From: Epithemia pelagica
Taxonomy: Eukaryota; Protista; Bacillariophyta
Assembly: GCA_946965045.2 (NCBI GenBank)
Contig: CAMPTO020000005.1
Coordinates: forward strand, 15,815 to 79,814
DNA: 64,000 bases
Direction of reading: 5' to 3'
Shown: in pieces, positions 11,420-23,000 of the stretch
Position numbering within the stretch: position 1 is the first letter of the stretch
Layout of the letters: each line of letters begins with the position of its first letter
Notes under the pieces: model-generated
What the model saw: only the letters and a program-made list of their open reading frames with translations
Databases searched by the model: none
Told to the model about the DNA's origin: nothing
Program-made: the position numbers and the translations under genes

Positions 11420-13330
11420 AAAGGACCACTCGTAGCATGTTTTGAAGGCATCCAGCTGAGGTTGCATATGACCGGAAATGTATGATGATGCTAGATTCCT
11501 CCTTGTTGTCACAGCGGTCGTCATGATGCGTGCATCCGCCACGGCCAGCAGGAGACAATTCAAGCATTTTCGTGGCGGGGTGTAGAGGAAAAGGTTTCGG
11601 GGCCTCTGATCCAGTCATCTGAACGCACTGTGGACACCCTTGTCCACCGGCAGAGGAAGCAGTCCCCATTCGGCAGCCATCGTACCGCGTCCATCCATAT
11701 GTCGGTCAATCGTCTCGCTTTGGAACTGCCGTTGTGGGCAACGGCAATGCGATGTTCAGTGGTATACCTGCACCGACTCTTTCATGGCGAGTTTGGAATT
11801 TCAGGCCACACCACCAACTGTTCCACTGCTGTGGGTGCGTCGTGACAATTCAACGTCCTCCTCGTTGATGACAATGTTTTGGTCCATCTTGTTCGCAGAG
11901 ACTTGAGACTATTTGGTATTTGAGAAACCACCACAATTATTGTTACAGCAACAGCCAGTGTTGGATTGCCCATCTGCGAATGTGGATTTGTCTCTCGAGA
12001 TGGCATGGGGAACGTTCAATGCTTCAATAGTGACTGCTTTGGTTGTCAATGTACCTCCCTTCGTATCCGCATGAAATAGTAGCCTCACAACGGTGTCATA
12101 TTCCATGACTCCAGAGCAGTATGAGAACGTTCCCCCAAAGACAATTCTCCAATACTAAAGTGGCTTCCACCCCGAGTACAAGTCATATGGCGACTTCACA
12201 AACAATCTGCCAGCTCGCCCATTCCAAGAATGGCTGATTGTCGTATTTTTTCGTCTCCAACGTGAATTGCCCATCGCGAGGGTAGTAAATCCGGTTTTCT
12301 ATTCCAGTTTTGGTCCATTAGTGGCTTTCGTGCTTCGTGAGGACCTCATTTTGTTGGCTAGATCGCTGCGGCTATTTCATTGACCTTCACAACAAACTCG
12401 AAACTCGAGAGGGATTCGAGAGCAGGAAAGTCCACCAAAGAACTAACAGGAAAATTCCCCTTCGCAGAGGCCGGTGAGCAACTGTATGTGCTGTGTTTTG
12501 CTGTTTTGTCTTGCTGCTCTCCCTTTCACTAGCAGTGTCGTCGAGGTGCAAGGTTGACATTTCGGCTCAACGCAAGGCGATTGTAGGTGGGGTTTTCACG
12601 CCACTCTGGTACCGCCAACGCAAAACCAAACTTTCTTCTTCGCCATTGCCAGATGATCCGTTGCGCTGGTCCATTGCACCGCGAACTTCTCATCTCGGTT
12701 GACTGTCTGGAGGGTCTGTTGTTGTTTTTGTTCAATAAAAGTTGTCGTAGATGAAAAAGTAAGGAGATCCCTTTCCTGAATAGTTGCTGCTTCTCCACTG
12801 TTCTCCTCCTCCTCCTCCTCCCACACTCCATTGTGAACGTTGAAGTGTGGTCGTATTGAGTATTATCGTATACACGGCTCCAGAAGGACAACGGCTGGTA
12901 TAACATTCTAGCTGGCAACGTCGTTCACTGTCATTTCCATCAGGGACAAAGGAATTCCGCTCGTTGCTTCCAGTATATCACTCGAGAAACTGTTGTTGTA
13001 AACGTCTTCGGTGTCTTCGATATTGTCGCCATCTTCTCTACCCAAAGAAGAAAGCCACATGGTGTACTTGACACGAATGAATCCTCATCATGACTTGTCG
13101 TGATATCTTTGCAGATCTTTGGTCTCAGTTGATTGGAGCGATTCCAACTTGCGAATGACTTGCGCTCCTTGATCTGCTTTCACTTTTTGGTGACGATGAT
13201 CAACTTTAGCAACCCCATCTCGATGTTGGTGTCTCGCCGTGGTCTCGATTTTGGAAGTGCCCTAAGAGATATCACCCGTTAGCGGTGTATAGGGAATTGA
13301 GGACTAACTCCATACCAGACTGTGTAGGTA
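11420..13330 (-). pseudogene. Second long decayed copy of 'gene X'
   Basis: 12170-12720 aligns by eye with 2750-3200 (e.g. CCAAGAATG.CTGATTGTC.TATTTTT.CGTCTCCAACGTGAATT). Fragmented minus-strand ORFs. Boundaries approximate. Confidence 0.4.
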
Positions 13331-13346
13331 GTTCGTCTCACATTTT

Positions 13347-13468
13347 TATACTACAGTAAGAATTTTTTGTACGACCGGGAAGTAGTTTCGTGCGAGTCGC
13401 GCGGTTTCCCTCTCCTGTGTGACAATTGCGTGACACTTGCGTGACAGCTGTGTGACATATCTTCCAGG
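13347..13468. repeat. Conserved non-coding element (copy 2) with GTGACA motifs
   Basis: Near-identical to window 1-110, with one extra GTGACA unit. Confidence 0.75.
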
Positions 13469-14331
13469 ACCCGGCGCGAAAGGACGATTGAATGATTATA
13501 GTTGACCTCGATCGCCGCCCACGCGAAAGCGAGACGTCTTCCTCCCATACCCAGCGGCGGACTTCTGTAAGTGCATTCGATCGTGTTAAAAGAAAAAGGT
13601 ATGTGAAACGCGAGGTATGAACTGATGTAATGGTATCTTTTGCCTGTTTCGACGTTGTGGGTGTATCTTCGAGACACAAATACATAGACCCGACAGGAAT
13701 GACGTGAAGGAGACGAGACGACGACGAAGAAGAGACGACGAAGAGAAGAAGAAGCAGAGACAGAGGCCAGCCGTCCTGGTCAAAATAACAGACATAAGAA
13801 GACAGGACGAATCATACTATGGACGACGAATTACCACCGACACGTGTTGATGCTCCTCCTCTGCAGAGACCCAACACCACCATCTCAAGTTTATACCATT
13901 CCAACAGCAATGTCATTCGTTCGCTCCGATACAGGCCAAGAGATGCAGCACAAGAAGAAGCAAGTACAATTTCGGGTGGCATCCGCTACACCAATAAACT
14001 GACGGAAACGAATCGCACCAATCCTGCCATTCGTTTGTGGATACCAGTTGTTGCCTTTCTCGCCGTGTTTGATAGCATCGAAAAAACCTCCACGGTATAT
14101 TCCGAACCATAACATGCGTGGTCTTCTTCTTTATTTTGTGTGACTAGTACGGACACGATTTGTCTCGCGACGAAAGCTACCCGTCTTTGCGTGTTTCGAT
14201 CCATCCACATTTCGTCAAGTCAGTCGTGATTCCAGTCCACACCCATCAGAGCAGCAGCAAACCCAAGAACCTCAAACAAGACAGTGTCTCGTTCCTCATA
14301 AATTCTGCAGTCAACGTTTGGAACTGTGAGC

Positions 14332-15414
14332 ATGACATCACTGCAAGAACAAGCATGGCATTCGGGCCTTGTCCTTTTGGACGAAAGAGCAGAATGGAAT
14401 GAAGACGACTGGCCTCCTCTTGAGGGTGGATGGCGTTGGCATTATGCTACGGTCGTACTTGATCATACGGTCGTCGTGTTGGGAGGACTGAAACAAGGAG
14501 GTGCCACCAACTCCGTTCTTGTATTGAATTTGGCAGAACCAGAAAAACAGTGGCGAGAAGGGACGCCCATGAATAAGAAACGTTGTGTCCATGCCGCTGT
14601 TTTGTGCAATGGCAGCGTCTACGTGATGGGGGGATTCAGTGGATTTTCAAATCTTGATTGCATGGAACGAATTGATTCCAATGATTTGCTTCGACCATCG
14701 ACGACAACAAGTAATTCAAAAAAGAGTCCTTGGACGACATTGACATGTCGCTTATCAACGCGACGATTTGCATGTTGTGCTGTTGCGGTTCACAATCGAT
14801 ATATTGTTGTAATGGGTGGATGGGATGGAGGGCCAAACTTTCCGTCGGTAGATATTCTTGATACCAGTGACCACACTGTCATTGCGGGGCCAAATATGAA
14901 CTTTCCACGAATATGGTGTGCCAGTGCGGTTGTTGGCCACCGCATTTTTGTCGTTGGAGGCTCCACAGCAAACACCTTGGTAGAGTACTTGGACTTTGGA
15001 AAGCCTAGTGACAATGAAGAGGGACAGGACAATCTGTCTACATTCATTTCCTCCTTGTCTGGCTGGACGACTCACTCTGATCTGGTACTTTCGGCCTCGG
15101 GAGATTCTTGTGCACGGGTTACCGTGGGATCGTGTCTGGTGGTGGCGGGAAGACGAAATCGAACCCTGGAAGTCTTGGATACGCAGCACAACCGCGTGTG
15201 GAATCTCCCACCATTCGAAAACAGCCGTGAAGGCTGCAGTATGGTGACTGTTGGCAATCAAGTTGCCGTGATTGGTGGACGGCGTAATCTATCCTGTGCA
15301 ACATTACGACTCATGGACAAGAATACGTGGTGTTTTCGTCAACTCTGTGCGCAGCCTCAAATTGAATGGTTTCATTCTCTGGAAAGATTGGGTAATGTAG
15401 ATGTCGACTCTTGA
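14332..15414 (+). CDS. Stand-alone kelch-repeat protein, paralog K4
   Basis: ORF 14326-15414, first ATG at 14332; kelch motifs; collinear with K1/K5. Confidence 0.92.
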   Translation: MTSLQEQAWHSGLVLLDERAEWNEDDWPPLEGGWRWHYATVVLDHTVVVLGGLKQGGATNSVLVLNLAEPEKQWREGTPMNKKRCVHAAVLCNGSVYVMGGFSGFSNLDCMERIDSNDLLRPSTTTSNSKKSPWTTLTCRLSTRRFACCAVAVHNRYIVVMGGWDGGPNFPSVDILDTSDHTVIAGPNMNFPRIWCASAVVGHRIFVVGGSTANTLVEYLDFGKPSDNEEGQDNLSTFISSLSGWTTHSDLVLSASGDSCARVTVGSCLVVAGRRNRTLEVLDTQHNRVWNLPPFENSREGCSMVTVGNQVAVIGGRRNLSCATLRLMDKNTWCFRQLCAQPQIEWFHSLERLGNVDVDS

Positions 15415-16369
15415 ACGAATGAGGACCAATACATGATTGTCATTGTGACAAAGGGCAGGATGGCAGTTGAAATGTACAACTGGTGGCGCGGCCAAGAGCC
15501 CGGAAACTACATGGCCATTATATATGCTTGTACAAAACGGAGATTGTATCCATCTTGAGTTATGCTGTAAATAAAGGAACTGAATGAAAAGCTTTAAATC
15601 ACTTTACCTATACAGGAGTGGCTTACATTGTCGAAAAATCATTCCTGTTGATGAGATGGGCAACTCCAAGGTGTCTATGAATGGGAGGAGAGTATGACGT
15701 AGGTCGTTGATGCTGCTCGGAGATGGTCTGCAGTGAGAGATTCTACCGGCTCCGTTGCAACTGGAGACAACACCATGAGGAACTCTTGGTGGTTGGTGCA
15801 CCGTCATGATTCCCCCATTCGTGCCCAGTTGGACTTTTGGTATTTCTTGCGACAACTATAGAACATCGGTGTCTTCTTGGTTGGGGCCGGTTGGTTGGTT
15901 GGTTGGTTATGCATGTGTGTCTCGTTGATTGGGTGGTTGGTTATAGCCTGCGGCAGGGACTCTCTTGGCATGGTTTCTTTTGTTAGTAGAGGAGTATATA
16001 TCCATCCTTAACATGGTGCAGCAGTATAGCAACAAAAGAGCGTCGAATAGTTAGATCTTGGATGGACGTTCGGAACTCCACCATCATCGACTTGGGAGAG
16101 GATGCGACCGGAGACTGAAACGCCCCAGCGGCATAAGTGATAAAAGGCTTATTGTATGTAGTTGATCCATCGTAAGATTCAACGACGAGGGCGTATTCGG
16201 ATGGATGGTGTTGTTCTCGTAGATCTATCCACGCACAACAGCAGAAAGGGACAAGAAAAGTCTATTCTTCATTTCCAGCACACTTTGTTGTTTGGTTTCC
16301 TTTCCCGCCGCAACCGCAGCGCTGCAAATCGATCCAACCTACGTGCACAACACACACGAGCACATTGCC

Positions 16370-17705
16370 ATGTGTGGTTGCTGTCCCAAAGGAGAAAAAG
16401 GACGAATAACCACCACAAGACCCACACAGAGAAGCATGGCATGGCAGTCGTATACAAGATGACGATTCTCCCAATGCGTTGTCCACCAAAACGACGAGAA
16501 AGAGGAGACGACTACTCTTAGGAGGTGCGTGGTGGCACTGTTGGAAACGAAGACGACGATGAGGATTCAAACCGAGCTTTGCGAAACACCAATCATAGAG
16601 AACCAAGGCAAGAAGAAAGTAAGAAGGAATTGGCTCAAGGACAACAACGACACGATTCCCTGCAGAATACTTGTTGTTCCAAGGACACCGCCATGCCCTT
16701 GGTAGCGTACAGCGATATACAATCACTGGGTGGAGAGCAGGATCAATTATGAGGCACGTGCCTTACCGATAGTATGAAGCGACGCATGATACAACACTGG
16801 GGAGACCGAAACTTGCCCCATTTTAAATATACACAATGGACGATGATGCGGCGATTGCAGTGGCCCATGCGCTGCACCAAAACACGGCATGGACCTTTTT
16901 CGACTTGTCGGGAACGATTGGGAATACCGATAGACTCCAAGCCTTGGCCCAGGCACGGAGCGTCCGTACTGCATTGACACGATTCGAACTGTCGGGTTGC
17001 CGCCTACGTCACCACAATGGCCTTGAGTCTTTGAGGCTTTTGCGCTTCGGGAGACGCAAATCGACGATGCAGGAATGGAATCCTTGGGCTACGCCTTGCT
17101 GGACAATACAGGGTGGCGCGTCTTGGATGTATCGTTCATTGACTTAAGAGGAGAAGCACATGTCGATGCCTTGACAATGGCCTTTCAGGGACCATCATGA
17201 TGGAGATACTTGATTCTTAATGTTGGCGGTATGGGGGACCAGGGTCTGCAAATCCTCGCCGAGCTGTTGAATATCTCCCTGAACCACTGGCAGAGATTTA
17301 CCCTTCATTTGGGTGGACATTATTCGTGGAAGAAGGCGGATGATCATGTTCAGGAATTTGGCGTGCTATTGTTACGCAAGCGACTGACCAAGGACTGGAA
17401 CTCCTTGGTGCTTTGGTTTCCCCGTTGGAGCAGCAATGAAATGAATCACTTGATTCACATATAGGAGGATAGTTCTCCAGACGAAACCACGGCAACAACT
17501 GAGGAAAGCCACCCGGCATGCCGTAGTCATCACCAAGAACATGATCAACAGTTGTTTTGGACCAATTTAAGTGCCGAAAACTCGCTCCGCATGGCCAATT
17601 ATTTGGGACAGTGCGGGCAATGCATGGATCTGTCCAGGCTTCATTCTTCCAAGCAAAGCTATTCCAACAATGAAACGTCTTGTCGTGGTGGTGATGTGAA
17701 TGAAA
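16370..17705 (+). pseudogene. Truncated, frameshifted copy of the 5' half of the LRR-TIR gene
   Basis: Nucleotide segments match 20080-21780 (e.g. ATGAAGCGACGCATGATACAACACTGGGGAGA; TTTTGGACCAATTT.AG.GC.GAAAACTCGCTCCGCATGGCCAATTATTTGGGACAGTGC). Contains internal deletions. Similarity stops at GGTGATGTGAATG (~17702). Upstream flank 16085-16145 matches 19755-19830. Confidence 0.85.
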
Positions 17706-18416
17706 GACAGCATCAGTCATCCAGAATACTGAGGCATTGCACCGACGAACGGCATTTCTATTAGCAGGATGGAACAACAACAGGTCAAACTACGACAAGC
17801 AACTTCCTTCCCCGACTCGCCATGTCTCCATCTATGGCCTGTGCGGTGTCGTTGCTTATTCGTTGGGAACCAACAACCAGACAGACTGTGGAGCCTTTTC
17901 ATTGCATAATTGTTTGGAACATGGCATTATACAGTACTGCAAGCGGCACCCCGAACAACCACAAACTGACTGGAACGAATCGCACCAAGCCTGCCAATTC
18001 ACTCTCCAAACCAGTTTTCCATCTACTCTACCGCCCATGGCAAGTGGCATAACAACCACAAACTGACTGGAACGAATCGCACCAATTCTGACATTTTTGT
18101 TCTGCGAGTCTCGTGTGAGGATACCACAGTGGTTGTCTGTCTCGCCGTGAGGTGTATTTCGGTATCCAAAAACATCCACGGTATTTCGAATGAATTGGAG
18201 GCGTGGTCTTCTTCGTTTTGTGGGACTATTGTGGTCCATATTTGTCTCGCGACGAAAGCTACCCATCTCGTTTCGATCCATCCATTTCGTAAAGTGAGTC
18301 GTGCTTCAAGTCCACACCCATCCGCACCCATCAGGAGACGAAAACCCAAGAAACTCTCTCACAATACAGTGTCTTGATCCTCATCAATTCTGCAGTCAAC
18401 GTTTGGAACCAGGAAC

Positions 18417-19499
18417 ATGGCATCGAAAGAACAAGCATGGCAGTCGGGTCTTGTCCTTTTGGACGAGACACCTGAATGGAATGAAAACGATTGGCCTCCT
18501 CTTGTAGGTGGATGGCGAGAGCGTCATGCTACGGTCGTACTTGATCGTACGGTCGTCGTGCTGGGCGGATATCAACCCAACAGTTTTGCCACCAAATCAG
18601 TTCTTGTATTGAATTTAACAGAACGAGCCAAAGAGTGGCGACAAGGGCCATGCATGAACAAGACACGTTATGGACATGCCACTGTTGTGTGCAACGGAGG
18701 CGTATACGTGATGGGAGGAAATAGTAATGTACTTTCAAGATTGGATTGTATGGAACGAATTGATGCCAACGATTTGCTCCAACCATCTACGACATCAAGC
18801 TGCACGCATGAGAGTCATTGGACGAAATTGAAATGCCGATTATCAACAGAACGGAATGGATGTTGTGCTGTTGCGGTGAAGAATCGATACATTATTGTAG
18901 TAGGTGGATTTAACGGGGTGGAAGATTTGTCGTCGGTGGATATCATTGATACCAGGAATCACACTGTCATTGCGGGGCCAAATATGAACGTTCCACGAGT
19001 GTGGTTTGCCAGTGCGGTCATTGGTCACCGCATCTTTGTCGTTGGAGGCTCCACAACAAACACTTCGGTAGAGTATTTGAACTATGCAACACCTAGTGAT
19101 AATGAAGAGGGACAGGACACTCTGTCTACATTTATTTCCTCCTTGTCTGGCTGGACGACTCACTCTGATTTGGTAGTTTCCGCCTCGCAAAGATCTTGGG
19201 CAGTGGTTACCGTGGGATCCTGTCTGGTAGTGGCGGGAGACGATCGAACTGTGGAAGTCTTGGATACTCATCACAACCGAATGTGGAATCTCCCGCCATT
19301 CAAAAATGGTCGTGAAGACTGCTGTATGGTGACTGTTGCCAATCAAGTTGCAGTGATTAGTGGATGGCGTAATCCATCCTGTGCGACATTACCACTCATG
19401 GACAAGAATACATGGTGTTTTCGTCAACTCTGTGAGCAGCATCCAAATAGATGGTTTCATTCTCTGGAAAGATTGGGTAACGGAGATGTTGACTCTTAA
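18417..19499 (+). CDS. Stand-alone kelch-repeat protein, paralog K5
   Basis: 360-aa ORF; kelch motifs; same N- and C-terminal family signatures. Confidence 0.92.
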   Translation: MASKEQAWQSGLVLLDETPEWNENDWPPLVGGWRERHATVVLDRTVVVLGGYQPNSFATKSVLVLNLTERAKEWRQGPCMNKTRYGHATVVCNGGVYVMGGNSNVLSRLDCMERIDANDLLQPSTTSSCTHESHWTKLKCRLSTERNGCCAVAVKNRYIIVVGGFNGVEDLSSVDIIDTRNHTVIAGPNMNVPRVWFASAVIGHRIFVVGGSTTNTSVEYLNYATPSDNEEGQDTLSTFISSLSGWTTHSDLVVSASQRSWAVVTVGSCLVVAGDDRTVEVLDTHHNRMWNLPPFKNGREDCCMVTVANQVAVISGWRNPSCATLPLMDKNTWCFRQLCEQHPNRWFHSLERLGNGDVDS

Positions 19500-20081
19500 A
19501 CGAATGTGACATGGCAGTTGAAATGTACAACAGGTTGCTCGGCCATGAGCCCGAAAACTATATCATGGCAACTATATAGTATAATACTAAACAGGAGATC
19601 GTATCCATCTTTAGGTACGCTTTAAATCGCTACATCTAAGGACGCATCACGGACTGTCGTAGGAATGGGCTGAGAGAAAGTGCGGATCTGTTCTGTTCCA
19701 ATGGCGAAGGGACGAGTTAGGAGTTAGGACGGCTCCTCATCGAGAGGAATGGATAGCACATTACCACCATCGACTTGCGAGAGGATGCGACTGGAGCATG
19801 AAAATCCCCAGCGACATAATTGATATAAGTCTAATTGTATGACGTCTATCCATCAAAATATACGCCTAGGGAGTATTCCGTTGGATCTTTTTCTGCATAA
19901 CAAACATAAAATTCTGTGTTGTTCATCATCATCTTCTTCTTCTGTTTTGCCTTGTCGAAAGGAATCTCCTTTTTGCTGGACGGCAAGTCCTAGCTAGTAG
20001 ATCGACCCAAGCATACGAGCAATCGTGAGGGCAAACAAGAAGAGCATCGTTCCGCAGCACCAGACCCCCACACCAGACAAC

Positions 20082-23000
20082 ATGTGGTTCCTGTCTAAAC
20101 GAAGAACGAACAACCACAAGACCCCGTCCAACAAGCATGGCGATGGTACAAACGGCGATTTTCCAAATCCCTTCTCCTTCAATACGAGACAGAGAAGGAG
20201 ACTACTGTTTGGTGGTTCGTGGGAGTGTTGGAAACGAAAAAACCGAGACGAGGAGGATAAGGATTCGAATCGAGCATGGAAAACCACCAATCGTAGAGAA
20301 CCAAAACGGCGCCAAGAAAGCAAGCAAGCATCGGCTTCACAACAACAACAAGATTCCATGCAGAAGGCTAGTTATTCTAAAGACACCGCCATGTCCTTGG
20401 TAACGTACAACCATATCCAATCACTGGATGGAGAACAGGATCAATTACGGGGCACGTGCCTTACTGATAGTATGAAGCGACGCATGATACAACACTGGGG
20501 AGAACGACACTTGCCCCATCTCAACTACACATGTATAACTGATCAAGGGGCCCAAGCCCTTTTGGATTTGGATCGAGAGGCTAAATGTGGTCGTCCCATT
20601 GACTGGTTCTTCTTGAATCTCTCTGATGGTCGTGAGCTTGGAGATGCAGGCATTACAGCTTTGGCCCAGGCCTTTGTTCAACAATCCATTCGTCATCAAT
20701 CCGAGAACCCAACTTGGCTCACCATTTCCGTCCAATCGCTCAATGATAAACTGGCAGTCCAGTTGGCCGAGACTCTCAAGCAAAATCCCTCGTGGTATTG
20801 CTTGGAACTCAAGTTATGGATTGGAGTCGATAGCTTGCAAGCACTAATTCAAGCCTTGCATACCAACCGTGTTTGGAAAGAATTGCACTTGTACAACAAC
20901 ATGGATGACGATGCAGCAATTGCAGTGGCCCAGGCACTGCAACACAACACGGTATGGACCTTTTTGGACTTGTGTGGAACGATTGGGAATACCGATGGAC
21001 TACAAGCCTTGGCCCAGGCACTGAGCGTCCGTACTGCATGGACACGATTCGAACTGTCGGGCTGCGGCTTACGTCACCACAATGGCCTTGCGTGTTTGGC
21101 TCGGGCAATTAGTACAAATCCAGAATGGGAGGCCTTTGCGCTTCGGGAGACGCAAATCGACGATGGGGGAATGGAATTGTTGGCCAACGCGTTGATGGAC
21201 AATACAGGGTGGCGCGTCTTGGATGTATCGTTCATTGACTTGAAAGGAGAAGTACATGCCGAGACGTTGGCTTTGGCCTTGCGGGGACAATCATGTTGGA
21301 AGTACTTGATTCTCAACGTTGCTGGCATGGGGGACCAGGGCCTGCAAATGATTCGACAAATGTTTCATACCTCCCTAAACAATTGGCACCGTTTTGCCCT
21401 TCATTTGGGTGGCCATTCGTGGGAGGACGCCGACGATCATGTTCAGGAATTGAGCGAGCTCTTGCTACGCAAGCGACTGCGCAAGGGCTGGAAATCCTTG
21501 GTCCTTTGGTTTCCCCATTGGAGTAGCACTGAAATGACTCACTTGACTCACACATGGGAGGATGGTTCTCCAGACGAAACCACGGCAACAGCTGAGGAGA
21601 GCCAACAAGAACAAGATCAACATTTGTTTTGGACCAATTTGAGCGCGGAAAACTCGCTCCGCATGGCCAATTATTTGGGACAGTGCTGGCAATCCATGGA
21701 TCTGTCCATGCTCCATTCTTCCCAGCAGCAGCAAAACGATTCGACCGACGAACTAAGTCCTTGTGGTGATGTGAATGGAGCCTCTGGTCTCCTTATTCCA
21801 CGTCTCATTTCGTTACACCACATTCCACGCCTTTCCTTTGAAGCAGCCCTCGCATTGATTCAATCCATCCCGCACCACCGCCACAAGAAGCCTGCTGGTG
21901 TGTCGCACGGGACATTATGTGAGACCACGGATAGTACAAACAGAGCAACACGGATACTCACAACGCCCAATTTCTCTTGGACTCGTTTGTCCTTGAGTCA
22001 CCTCAATATGAGCGATATCGGAGCCAACATGATTGCAAAAGTGTTGCAACAAAACAAAACGTGGCAAATTCTTGACCTGGCCCATACGGCAATCGACGAT
22101 CATGGCATAGCGATGCTCATGGATGGTATGAAAGAACATCTGGAGTGGCATTGCTTGAATGTGTCTCACACCAAGGTTGGACCAATGGGAGCGCAAGTGT
22201 TGGGCATGGCATTGTTGCGTAACGTCACGTGGTCTTGTTTTTCCATCTCCCACAACAGGCTCATCACAGATGAAGGACTGCAGTGCCTGGCTCTGGGAAT
22301 CGCTGGTCGACCATGGCATACAATCGATCTCGGCTTCACCAAGAACCTGTCCGACACGGGCCTTAAAGTGTTGTCGCGTGCCTTGATGGTCACTGGAGGA
22401 GCCGCGTCGACATGCTCCTGGCGCCATTTGCGCTTGTCCCATTGCGACATGGGAGACTCGGGTGTGATTCGATTGGCCCTGGCAATGCGACAGAATTTGC
22501 AGTGGCAAAGGATTGATCTTGGGGACACATTCATGACCAGCGATGATATGGAAGTGATTTCGGATGCTCTGGAGAAAAATCCAGAATGGAATACGTTGGA
22601 CCTGAGGCACGCTGCTCGAGACAACTTTGAAGCCAAGACAATCCTGGATATCACTCAGATGAATCCGACCTGGAAAGCGATTGAATACAAATTACCTTCC
22701 TCGCCCAATCATCAAGGAATCGTTCCGTTTTCTGACGTTGGCATTGACTCCATAATGAATGAAAAAACACATGAGAAGGGTAGTGGAGGGCATCTTGTGA
22801 TTACCACAAAAACGTCGTCAGGGCAAGGCAGCAACGAAATATGTCTTGCCTCACAAGCAAAACCAGGTTTGGAACCGTTATTCTTTGGTTTCCATCTTGA
22901 AATGGCCATTGACTATGGTCAATCACTGATCACTTCTCTATGCATGATTAGGTCGAGGAGTTTTCTGGACGTGGGCAAAATCCTCCTTGAAGTGTCGGAA

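Noticed and set aside
11480-11560. PARP-type zinc finger in the gene X remnant (ELSPAGRGGCT)
   Set aside because: Only a few residues resemble the motif and the downstream ligands are not recoverable.
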